Assembly (NCBI GenBank): GCA_965372795.1
Contig: CBDVDR010000020.1
Span: 1 to 62,093 of the forward strand
Source: an uncultured bacterium
GTDB lineage: Bacteria; Zixibacteria; MSB-5A5; GN15; FEB-12
Length of the DNA stretch: 62,093 nt
Direction of reading: 5' to 3'
Shown here: piece by piece, positions 50,225 through 58,920 of the stretch
Layout of the letters: the number at the start of each line of letters is the position of its first letter
Numbering within the stretch: the first letter of the stretch is position 1
Made by a program: the position numbers and the translations under genes
Notes under the pieces: model-generated
Seen by the model: the letters and a program-made list of their open reading frames with translations, nothing else
Databases searched by the model: none
Told to the model about the DNA's origin: nothing

Positions 50225-51655
50225 TTATGAATCAATTACTTCTGTCCATTGCGAATAATGTTTCTTAGTTGATAAATCAGTTGCTTTTTTATTAAGCTTT
50301 CCGGTCATGGCCAATGCTTCTAATTTCCATGAAATTTCATATTGATAATTTTTGTTGTCTTCTTTTAAAAGTAAGTATCCTTGTTTAGAGTAACTTCTTA
50401 GAAGTGTATCAAAGCCAGATGCAGATTTGTAGCCAAATATTTTATAATTATAATTGGAAACAAACCCTTTTAAATATAATTTTGATAATATTTTCTTATC
50501 TTTAGGTTTCATTATAAGTTCAGAAGTTTCTTCTTCACAAAATTCAAATAAATATCTAAATGTATCATCAATTGATAATTGGTCATATAAAATAATATAT
50601 TGAAAGGCTCTAAATGTTAAATCTGTGTATATTCGAAATGTTTCCCTAAGTTCAAAATGAGCAAATTCATAGATCATCAAGTGAGATTTTTCATCTAGTG
50701 GAGTCATGAATTTGTAATTATTTGTGTATTCAAGATGATATCTTTTTTTTCTAATTTTGTTCTTTTGACTAGTGATTTCTTTAATCATTTCAGGATCATT
50801 AATGCTAAACATTCTTGATCTTGTATCAATTGCGGTAAGGAAAGCTTTATTCGACAATCGATTAAGTCTTATTTGAGTACCGGTAAAAAAACCTCTCAAA
50901 CGTCGACTTCTCACATTTAAATTGTTCCCTAACTCTCTGTTTCCAATAAGAATCCAATGGACGTTTTCTTTTATCAAAAAATCATCTCTAATCTCATCAA
51001 GAATATTGACTATTTGATTACTATCAACAATATCAAGGTTATCAATCAAAAGAAAGACACCATCATATCCACTATATTTTAAGAAAATTTGTAAAATAAA
51101 ATCAAAAGCATAAATAGGATCTCTCAATTCCTGAAATGAATAAGTCGCTGATTGTTTCGAAAATTGTCCGCCAGATCCTAAAAAAGTAGCACCTAATGAA
51201 CCACTAGTAGTTGAAACTTGTTTTTTTATTTTTATCCAATATTCTAAATGATCTAATAGTTCATCAGGGATATCTAATTCATTTTCTCTGTAGTAATTAT
51301 AGATATTATTTGACAGAACTTTAGTAATTTTATAAGTAAATGATTCATAGTTATCATCATTATTTATTTGAATTGATCGAAATGAAGGTAATATTAATTG
51401 ATTTTTTTCAATATCAAGTTCTCCATTTATTTGTGGTCGATAACATATATATTGGCAAATATTTATAAAGCTCGTTTTCCCTACTCCTACATCATCACTT
51501 ATTATCTTTATAGATCTTTTTTCACCTAAAATTTCAGAAATATAAGTATTGATTTCAATTTCCCTTCCCAACAATAACTTCTTTCCATCTGCATTTATTT
51601 GAAGAGGGTCACAGAAATAGATATTTTTATTAAATCCTAGTAATTTCCAATTCAT
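50225..51655 (-). CDS. P-loop NTPase with probable C-terminal winged helix (array 2 cargo)
   Basis: LLGRE, Walker A-like SDDVGVGKTS, Walker B LLIDNLD; AT-rich. Confidence 0.7.
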   Translation of the reverse strand: MNWKLLGFNKNIYFCDPLQINADGKKLLLGREIEINTYISEILGEKRSIKIISDDVGVGKTSFINICQYICYRPQINGELDIEKNQLILPSFRSIQINNDDNYESFTYKITKVLSNNIYNYYRENELDIPDELLDHLEYWIKIKKQVSTTSGSLGATFLGSGGQFSKQSATYSFQELRDPIYAFDFILQIFLKYSGYDGVFLLIDNLDIVDSNQIVNILDEIRDDFLIKENVHWILIGNRELGNNLNVRSRRLRGFFTGTQIRLNRLSNKAFLTAIDTRSRMFSINDPEMIKEITSQKNKIRKKRYHLEYTNNYKFMTPLDEKSHLMIYEFAHFELRETFRIYTDLTFRAFQYIILYDQLSIDDTFRYLFEFCEEETSELIMKPKDKKILSKLYLKGFVSNYNYKIFGYKSASGFDTLLRSYSKQGYLLLKEDNKNYQYEISWKLEALAMTGKLNKKATDLSTKKHYSQWTEVIDS

Positions 51656-51698
51656 GATATCCTACATATTTTTCAAGGTGTTTATTCTCTTAATCTTC

Positions 51699-51760
51699 GT
51701 AGGTCGAAACCCCTGCGGTTTCGACAATTGTTCGGCAGGATCGCAAGGATCCTGCCCTAC
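51699..51760. repeat. Intact inverted REP doublet (REPIN-like)
   Basis: GTAG-GTCGAAACC-CCTGC-GGTTTCGAC-AATTGTTC-GGCAGGATC-GCAAG-GATCCTGCC-CTAC. Confidence 0.9.
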
Positions 51761-51776
51761 ATGGTCTGACCTTTAT

Positions 51777-52394
51777 CTAATCTTTTCTATATAATTCTAT
51801 TGTAACAAATTCATCTTCTATCTTTGTACAATAAATATTGAAAACCATATCTCCTATTATCAAAGGACTATATTTATTGAGAGAGAGAGGTAAAAAATAA
51901 CGATATACCACACAATTTGAATCTAAAGGATCACTGAAATACAAATCATAACCATAACATGTATCAATGTATATTGTTAAATGACTATAACCTTCTTTTC
52001 TCTTTTGACAGGCACCCGTTAAAATCTTACCATAAATTGAAATTTTGTCATTTCCAAAAGGTACGTCAAATTCTCCCCATAGTGTACCGAAGTCACGCAT
52101 TTGTTCGATTGAGTCTTTAAAAATATTAACTTCCGTTGTCATTTGTGACACTTGTTTCTGTAGACCATCTATTTTTGTGTCTTGATCAAGATAAATGCGG
52201 TCATATGACTTTCTTGTTTGGTCCAAAACAGATGGTAAAAATAAATACCAAGAGATTACTGCAGCTAAGCCAAATCCTGTAATAAAATACCAAGCTCTAT
52301 GTCGCTTACCGAACCAAATGTCTGTTTGTTTTGAAAGAGGATGTTTATCATATTCATTTTGATGAGAATCGAGTTTATTGTTTTCATCTTTCAT
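51777..52394 (-). CDS. Hypothetical membrane-anchored protein (array 2 cargo)
   Basis: 205 aa, one TM segment plus coiled coil; SD AAGGAG. Confidence 0.7.
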   Translation of the reverse strand: MKDENNKLDSHQNEYDKHPLSKQTDIWFGKRHRAWYFITGFGLAAVISWYLFLPSVLDQTRKSYDRIYLDQDTKIDGLQKQVSQMTTEVNIFKDSIEQMRDFGTLWGEFDVPFGNDKISIYGKILTGACQKRKEGYSHLTIYIDTCYGYDLYFSDPLDSNCVVYRYFLPLSLNKYSPLIIGDMVFNIYCTKIEDEFVTIELYRKD

Positions 52395-52450
52395 TCTTTA
52401 ACAATTCTCCTTAATAATTCTTCCTTAAGTACGACTATTTACAAACACTC

Positions 52451-52484
52451 GTAGAGCAGACTCGTTTGAGCTATTCTGACAATT
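52451..52484. repeat. Degenerate GTAG-footed REP
   Basis: GTAG-AGCAGA...TCTGAC-AATT between two cargo genes. Confidence 0.45.
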
Positions 52485-52511
52485 CCTTTTTAAGAAATAA
52501 ACAATATTTTA

Positions 52512-53141
52512 TTATTGTGCTATAAATTGTAAAAATGTAACTGTTCCAAAAAATAATGTTAATATCACGCCAATTATTGATATTGAAAAAGATACTTTAT
52601 TTCTACTTGTTTGTTTGATAATATTACCTTCCAAAACTTCTATTTCATCACCTAATTGTTTTAAAGAATTTAATGCTAAACCTTCATTTTTTATATCAAT
52701 GGAATGTTTTAGCATATTTAACAGATTACCTTGCTTACTTGAGATTGATGAAAATGGTTGAATTTTTTTTATCATATTGTAAATCTCAATTATTCTCTCT
52801 CTTAATTCGACTGGAGGTTCAATTTTAAAATTTTCTTTAAAAACTCTACTATCAGTTGTATCTATTGTTACTATTAAATCTTCTAAAATTTCAGATGAAG
52901 AGCGAAAATGCTCATTCAAATTGCTATATTTTTCTGCTAATCTTTTATGAAGCATTAGTACCTGATCTACACATTTTTCATTAACTTGGCAATTACTTAG
53001 TATTGAAATAATACCTTTACAAAATCGCCTTCTTGCAAATTTTGTTTGAAATTTCTTTTTAGTTATAAGAAATAAAGGTATATAAAACATCAGAATTACA
53101 ATAACTGTTAGATAAATCGCATAAATGGGTTCTCTATTCAT
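52512..53141 (-). CDS. Hypothetical membrane protein (array 2 cargo)
   Basis: 209 aa with N- and C-terminal TM helices; SD AAGGGG. Confidence 0.7.
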   Translation of the reverse strand: MNREPIYAIYLTVIVILMFYIPLFLITKKKFQTKFARRRFCKGIISILSNCQVNEKCVDQVLMLHKRLAEKYSNLNEHFRSSSEILEDLIVTIDTTDSRVFKENFKIEPPVELRERIIEIYNMIKKIQPFSSISSKQGNLLNMLKHSIDIKNEGLALNSLKQLGDEIEVLEGNIIKQTSRNKVSFSISIIGVILTLFFGTVTFLQFIAQ

Positions 53142-53216
53142 TTTTCCCCTTTCATTATTCTGATCAGTTAGATTTTTGTAGCATAAAATATAAAATTATC
53201 CCACGATTTAATTACA

Positions 53217-53245
53217 AATATACCGAAAATCACCCAACCTGTCAA
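53217..53245 (-). promoter_or_regulatory. Putative sigma70 promoter heading array 2
   Basis: Minus strand TTGACA-N17-TATATT. Confidence 0.65.
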
Positions 53246-53270
53246 CGTTATATTATCCCCCATCGCATTA

Positions 53271-53349
53271 CAATTTCCCCACATTATCAATGGTGAATGA
53301 GAACTCGCTCCCCTATATAAAGAGAGGAACGGGAAGTTATGTCCAAAAT
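53271..53349. repeat. Conserved array-leader block, copy 2
   Basis: Ungapped match to 32191..32269. Confidence 0.7.
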
Positions 53350-53374
53350 CGTATGTCTAAAAATCAATATTTAA

Positions 53375-53924
53375 GTGGGGTCGAGTCTGCCTGGGCGGGC
53401 TCGACGCCTTCAACATTAATGGCTGTCAGGCAGAGTCGCCTCACAGTTTTCGTAGGGCAGAACCCCGCCTTTGGCGGACTATTAGCCTTTAGTGGTTCTG
53501 CCAATCCGTCAGGAGCACAGAGCACCTGACCTACTCAACCTACAAAGAGAAAACCACACGAAGTATGCGAAGTATACAAAAACATGCAAAACATAAAAGT
53601 GAGCAAACGAATCCATTTCGCTGTACTGGACAACCCTCCAATGACTTACAACGATTTATTGTCGAAACTGCAGGAGTTTCGACCTACTCAACTACGAAGA
53701 TTGGGGCAGACGAGCACACGATGTGTGGTTGGCGTCTGCCGCCCACGAAAACATCGTCAGAAAAAAACACACGAAGTGTGCGAAGTATACGAAGTGTGCG
53801 AAAGTGTAAAAATGAGCAAACGAACCCATTTCGCTGTTAAAGCATGTCAGAGAATATGTTACAGCGAAAAATACCTATTATAGGAAAATTGGCAGATGTC
53901 AGGAGCACAGGGCTCCTGACCTAC
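53375..53924. repeat. Dense cluster of REP-like hairpins with two 53-bp sites
   Basis: REP hairpins at 53375-53405, 53452-53534 (doublet), 53661-53687, 53703-53746 and 53898-53924; 53-bp sites at 53601-53653 and 53814-53866. Confidence 0.85.
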
Positions 53925-53950
53925 TCAAGAAATCAAACAGGCTATGCCTG

Positions 53951-55474
53951 CTATCCCAAACTGCCGATTTCGGATTCGACCTCTTTGAGAATCTCGCAGG
54001 ATTTGACCAGCGCTTTCATATTGGTATGGTCGGGATACAATGGTCGGTCAATATCCAAAAACTCAACATGTCGCCGTACAACCTCTTTTGCTTTGGTCAC
54101 ACCTTTCCCAAAATTGTATTCGCGGAAATCCAAAGCCTGAGCCGCCGCCATAAACTCGATCCCCAACACGCCATAAGCATTATCAAGAATCTGGAAATTT
54201 TTAATGGCGGTGTTCATCCCCATCGAAACAAAATCTTCCTGATCAGCCGCTGCCGGAATCGATTGAATAAATGCCGGAGCCGACAAAATCCGCTGTTCGA
54301 CAATCTGCGCATCAGCGGTGTACTGACTCAGCATCATCCCGGAAAACATCCCGGCACCTTTAGTCAAAAACGCCGGTAACCCGACATTCAGAGCCGGATT
54401 ATTCAGACGGTTCATCCGCCGTTCCGACATCACACTAATCATCGTAATAGCCGCGCCGATCATATCCACCGGCATCGAAACAGGCGTACCCTGGAAATTG
54501 GCACCGGAAATCTGGGTGTTGTCTTCAGGGAAAAATATCGGATTATCCCCCACCCCGTTCAGTTCGATCTCGACCTGTTTGCGGGCGTATTCAATAGCAT
54601 CATGCACCGTCCCAATCACCTGCGGCGTGGACCGCATCGAGTAGGCATCCTGAACTTTACACGGGACTCTACCCTCTTCAAGGTCCCCGCCGGCAACCAG
54701 CATTTTGATTGCCTTAGCCGAACGTACCGCACCTTTGAACCCGCGGGCTTCATGAAGACGTGCCGAATATGGTTTCATGTTGGCTTTTAGAGCCTCAAGT
54801 GACATCGCGGCGGCAATTTCCGCCTGTTTGAGCCAACGTTCCGAGTCATACAGGAACAAAGCACTCATTGCAGTCAGCACATTTGAACCGTTAATAGTTC
54901 CTAAGCCATCACGCGCCATTAATCCGGGGGCTTTGATACCGGCTTTGTCGAGCGCATCTTTACCTTCTAAGAGTTCACCTTTGTAATAAGCCTTACCTTC
55001 CGCCATAAGAAGCAGCGCAATTTGTGACATCGGCGCCAGATCACCGCAGGCACCAACCGAACCAACCTGGCAGACAAACGGGGTGACACCCTTATTGAGC
55101 ATCTCAACTAAAGTCATAGTGATTTCAGAACGGATACCGGAATTTCCATGAGCATGAACATTGATCCGCCCCGCCATTGCACCGCGAACATATTCGAGTG
55201 GCATCGGATCGCCGATTCCGGCGGCGTGGTTGTAGATCAGATATTTCTGGAAGTCCTTGACCTGATCGTCATCGAGCACGACTTCTGAAAATTCACCGAT
55301 CCCGGTGTTGACACCGTACATGATTTCTTTAGCGTTGATTTTTTTCTCAACCATTGCCCGGCATTTTTTAATTCGGGCGAGCGCTTCGTGGTGAAGTTCG
55401 ACCGGTTCGTTGTTTCTGGCGATTGCAACCAGATTTTCGATTGTTAAATTTGATCCATCTAAAATTATAGCCAT
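53951..55474 (-). CDS. Aromatic amino acid ammonia-lyase (HAL/PAL/TAL family), MIO triad Ala-Cys-Gly
   Basis: YGVNTGIG, GSVGACGDLAP, QDAYSMR, DNP, GANFQG, QEDFVSMG. Confidence 0.92.
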   Translation of the reverse strand: MAIILDGSNLTIENLVAIARNNEPVELHHEALARIKKCRAMVEKKINAKEIMYGVNTGIGEFSEVVLDDDQVKDFQKYLIYNHAAGIGDPMPLEYVRGAMAGRINVHAHGNSGIRSEITMTLVEMLNKGVTPFVCQVGSVGACGDLAPMSQIALLLMAEGKAYYKGELLEGKDALDKAGIKAPGLMARDGLGTINGSNVLTAMSALFLYDSERWLKQAEIAAAMSLEALKANMKPYSARLHEARGFKGAVRSAKAIKMLVAGGDLEEGRVPCKVQDAYSMRSTPQVIGTVHDAIEYARKQVEIELNGVGDNPIFFPEDNTQISGANFQGTPVSMPVDMIGAAITMISVMSERRMNRLNNPALNVGLPAFLTKGAGMFSGMMLSQYTADAQIVEQRILSAPAFIQSIPAAADQEDFVSMGMNTAIKNFQILDNAYGVLGIEFMAAAQALDFREYNFGKGVTKAKEVVRRHVEFLDIDRPLYPDHTNMKALVKSCEILKEVESEIGSLG

Positions 55475-55557
55475 TATCTTAACCTCTGAATATTATATTT
55501 TAATTAATAAAAAAGAGAAATCGTGACTTTGTCACTTTAGTAAAATTGAGAAATTTC

Positions 55558-55668
55558 CTAAGTGTCTTGAAGACCGGAGGCGGATGTCGGCGTATAGCGG
55601 GTCATGACTTTTGTCGCCGGTTTGATCGGAGATTTTTTGATCTGATAACTCGATTTTAATCTACTCAT
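55558..55668 (-). CDS. Putative 36-aa leader or small protein upstream of the ammonia-lyase
   Basis: GGAGGAAAT-ATG; MSRLKSSYQIKKSPIKPATKVMTRYTPTSASGLQDT*; TTGACA-N16-TATCTT at 55684-55711. Confidence 0.4.
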   Translation of the reverse strand: MSRLKSSYQIKKSPIKPATKVMTRYTPTSASGLQDT

Positions 55669-55739
55669 ATTTCCTCCGCCTTAAAGATATTGAAATAAAA
55701 GCAGTTGTCAAGACGGAATAAATTAATCATATTGACTCT

Positions 55740-56597
55740 ATGTTTAACGGTGACAATTTGAGTTCATTTCTTAAAAATCAGATTTTTGTTTCCTTTGATA
55801 CAGAGACGACCGGTTTATGGGCTCCGGCTAATCGAGTAATTGAAATCGGGGCGGTTAAGTTCCGTTTAGGGTCTTCAGATAAGGAAACTTTTCAGACATT
55901 GATAAACCCTGAGCGAAGTATCCCTGAGGAAGTGATCAAAGTGCACGGAATAACCGATGAGATGGTTTCGGAGGCTGAGACAATAACACCGGTACTTAAT
56001 AGATTTATAGAATTTAGCGGTGATGATTCGATTTTGATTGCTCATAATGCGCCCTTTGATATTTCGTTTATCAGTTGTGAACTTGAACGGGCTGAATTGA
56101 ATTTTGGGAATAACCCGATCATTGACACGATTGATATTTATAAGCGGTTTGTACTTGAGTCAAAATCGATGTCGCTTTTGTCATTATCAAAACAATTCAA
56201 TATTGCTGATTTTCAAAATCATCGGGCGTTAGCAGATGCGGAGTTGGTGCGGGGACTATTTGAAAAAGCAGCTTCCCGATTTCCAATAGTTGAAAATCAG
56301 ATAGATTTTTTGAAACATCTGACAACTTATACAATGTCGGATTGGAAACAGACGATTACAGAGCTGCCTGAAACATATCAGCCTTTGGTTGACGCAAAAG
56401 ATACGAATCAGAAAGTTCGGATATTTTATGCCCGCGAGGGAGAGAAAACCCATCTTAGAGATGTCTGGCCGAAGCAATTTTATGGGTTAAAATCAAAGTA
56501 TTATATGAGAGCTTTTTGTGAAAAAGCGAATCATGAACGCACATTCAGGCTTGATCGAATTAAAGATATAGAATTTCCGGTTAAAAACAATCTTTGA
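55740..56597 (+). CDS. DEDDh (DnaQ-like) 3'-5' exonuclease fused to a C-terminal WYL domain
   Basis: FDTETTG, AHNAPFD, HRALADA; C-terminal IFY...RDVWP...YMRAFC...RTFRLDRI. Confidence 0.9.
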   Translation: MFNGDNLSSFLKNQIFVSFDTETTGLWAPANRVIEIGAVKFRLGSSDKETFQTLINPERSIPEEVIKVHGITDEMVSEAETITPVLNRFIEFSGDDSILIAHNAPFDISFISCELERAELNFGNNPIIDTIDIYKRFVLESKSMSLLSLSKQFNIADFQNHRALADAELVRGLFEKAASRFPIVENQIDFLKHLTTYTMSDWKQTITELPETYQPLVDAKDTNQKVRIFYAREGEKTHLRDVWPKQFYGLKSKYYMRAFCEKANHERTFRLDRIKDIEFPVKNNL

Positions 56598-56811
56598 GTC
56601 ATAAGATAATAACGCTGCCCTCCCCTGCAATTTTATCATTTTTGATAAGACTATAGAAGCCTATTACTTTTTTTTAAAGGTTCGCACTTCGAAATCTGGA
56701 TCGTTATATAATTCGAGTTAGAGGTCGGTTGAAATAATTAAAGACACCAGTTAGTAAACAAGTATTTATAATATTTGACAATTGCCTACTTAGTTTTATC
56801 TTTTAGATATC

Positions 56812-58866
56812 ATGGAACAGAATAGTAATACTCAACCGAAATCAAATCATAATCTTCCAATATATTTTATTTATACCTGTACCCTGATTGCTTTTTTTGT
56901 CGCTTCATTTTTCCCTGAGAACAGAATATGGGGATTCAATAATTACGCCTACCTTCCGGATCTTTGGAAATACAGTTTGTTTCTATTTTTTCTGATTGTA
57001 CCTGTTCTTATTACATTTTTTTTAAACAGAGGACTCTCTACTGAGCTTAAGAAAGAATTATCAGACAGATATTTCTATATCATAAGTGGGTTGATAACAG
57101 CAGTTTTTGGGATTCTTTTTTATTTTTTCAGGGCAACAACTCATTTTTTAGGTGATGGTTATACAGTACTTTCAAATTTATCATCAGAAAATCCAATTCT
57201 TAAATTCCGTGAAATTGGTGAGTCTTTAACACACTTATGGGTTAAGGACATAATAGGAACGGGAGAAATTGCTGCCTTATTAAGTTTTCAAATAATTTCA
57301 ATTATTGCAGGTATATTATTCATTCTATCAACGATTTATTTTTCTCATACTTACTTCAATAATAGTATAAAGAGATTACTCTTTAGCGTTGGAATTCTAT
57401 CATGTGGTTATATGTTACTTTTCTTTGGATATGTTGAGTACTATTCCCTGTTTGTTGTTTCAGTATTACTATATACATACACAGGACTACTAATTACATC
57501 TAATAAATTCAATAAATATTTAATCATTCCAGTATTATTTATTTCAATATTTTTTCATGTTATCGGAACAACGTTAATTCCAAGTGCAATCTATTTATTA
57601 CTGAGAAACACAAAATTTGAATACAAAATTAAACACTTATCAGTTCGATTAAAAATCATATTATCATCTTTAATATTATTTTTTCTAATAGTTCTTTATA
57701 ACTATGTGGGATATAAATATTTATTTTTCAGGTTTGCAACGCTTCAACTTTTTGCAGACAATTTCACAGTTGAAGGATATACTCTTTTTTCAACAAATCA
57801 CATTATGGATTTCATTAATATATTTTTCTTTCTAATTCCAGCACTTCCTCTAATGATATTCCTATTATTTAAAAAAATTAGTATTAGAAGTTTTAAAAAG
57901 AACGAATACCGTTTTTTATTATTACTTTCCGTTTCAACTATCCTGGCAGTTTTTATTTTTGACCCAAAACTCGGAATGCCTCGTGACTGGGACTTGTTTT
58001 CATTTTCTGGAGTTCCATTTATGATTATTTTTTTAGTGCTTTATTTACAAGAGTTGAGACCCAGTTTGTCCCGTACAATCATAATCTTATCAATTTCCTT
58101 AAACTTATTTTTATTCATCCCGAAAGTTTATTGTCAAAGAAATTCAAGCGCTGCTATTGAACAGATAGAAATTTTCTTTTCCCTTGATAAAACAAAAAGT
58201 CGTCCGGGCTATAATATTCTGACTAACTATTATAACGATCAAAATAATTTTAAAAAGGCACAAGAGACACAGAAAAAGCTTGAAAATAAATACCCTGAAG
58301 TTCAGATGAACTATAATGCAACAATCTTCTTTGATGAAAATAAATATAACAAAGCTATATCTATTTATGAAAACATCATTTCAATTAACCCCATGTATGC
58401 AGATGCTTATAACAACTTGGGTGATTGTTTTTTATCATTAAATAAATTTGATACTGCAATCGCTTTGTTTAATATCTCATTGGGATTAAATCCACACAGA
58501 GAAATATTTTATTACAATCTTGGGTATGCATATTATTTTAAGAACGATTTTATCAATGCTGAAAACGCATGGCTTAAATCAATCTATTACGATAAGACAC
58601 AATTTGAACCAGTAGTTAATATAGCCCAGCTTTATAAAAAAATGGGTGACAACATTAAATACCTGGAATATTTAAAAAAGGCTGCCGAATTTGAACAAGC
58701 ACCTCATAATGTATTAGTGGAACTTGGGAATTTATATTTGAAAAAGGGTGATTTACAAAACGCCTGTCTTTACTATAAAAAGGCAATCGAAAGAGGATGG
58801 GACAGCAAACAAATTAACCCCTTGATAGAGCAATATCCAAATTTGAAATCGTATTTTTTCAATTAA
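56812..58866 (+). CDS. Multi-TM membrane protein with C-terminal TPR repeats (paralogue 1)
   Basis: Many TM segments, FLGDG, FFGYVE, DPKLGMPRDWDLF, TPR repeats. Confidence 0.8.
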   Translation: MEQNSNTQPKSNHNLPIYFIYTCTLIAFFVASFFPENRIWGFNNYAYLPDLWKYSLFLFFLIVPVLITFFLNRGLSTELKKELSDRYFYIISGLITAVFGILFYFFRATTHFLGDGYTVLSNLSSENPILKFREIGESLTHLWVKDIIGTGEIAALLSFQIISIIAGILFILSTIYFSHTYFNNSIKRLLFSVGILSCGYMLLFFGYVEYYSLFVVSVLLYTYTGLLITSNKFNKYLIIPVLFISIFFHVIGTTLIPSAIYLLLRNTKFEYKIKHLSVRLKIILSSLILFFLIVLYNYVGYKYLFFRFATLQLFADNFTVEGYTLFSTNHIMDFINIFFFLIPALPLMIFLLFKKISIRSFKKNEYRFLLLLSVSTILAVFIFDPKLGMPRDWDLFSFSGVPFMIIFLVLYLQELRPSLSRTIIILSISLNLFLFIPKVYCQRNSSAAIEQIEIFFSLDKTKSRPGYNILTNYYNDQNNFKKAQETQKKLENKYPEVQMNYNATIFFDENKYNKAISIYENIISINPMYADAYNNLGDCFLSLNKFDTAIALFNISLGLNPHREIFYYNLGYAYYFKNDFINAENAWLKSIYYDKTQFEPVVNIAQLYKKMGDNIKYLEYLKKAAEFEQAPHNVLVELGNLYLKKGDLQNACLYYKKAIERGWDSKQINPLIEQYPNLKSYFFN

Positions 58867-58920
58867 TTTTCATTTTAAAATTATCTTTCTAATAAATTTA
58901 AATTTCCTTAACTTCTTAGA

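Noticed and set aside
53290..54140. Short plus-strand ORFs 53290..53529, 53565..53840, 53584..53883 and 53844..54140
   Set aside because: They overlap each other and run through REP hairpins and tandem repeats; the recurring QTNPF/SKRTHF peptides just reflect the DNA motif
55475..55680. Known riboswitch class, or stop-codon readthrough linking the uORF to the lyase
   Set aside because: No full match to riboswitch consensus motifs I can recognise; reading through the TAG meets TAA six codons later
1588..56477. Many short antisense or alternate-frame ORFs nested in recognised genes
   Set aside because: Shadow ORFs without motifs or RBS, inside well-supported genes
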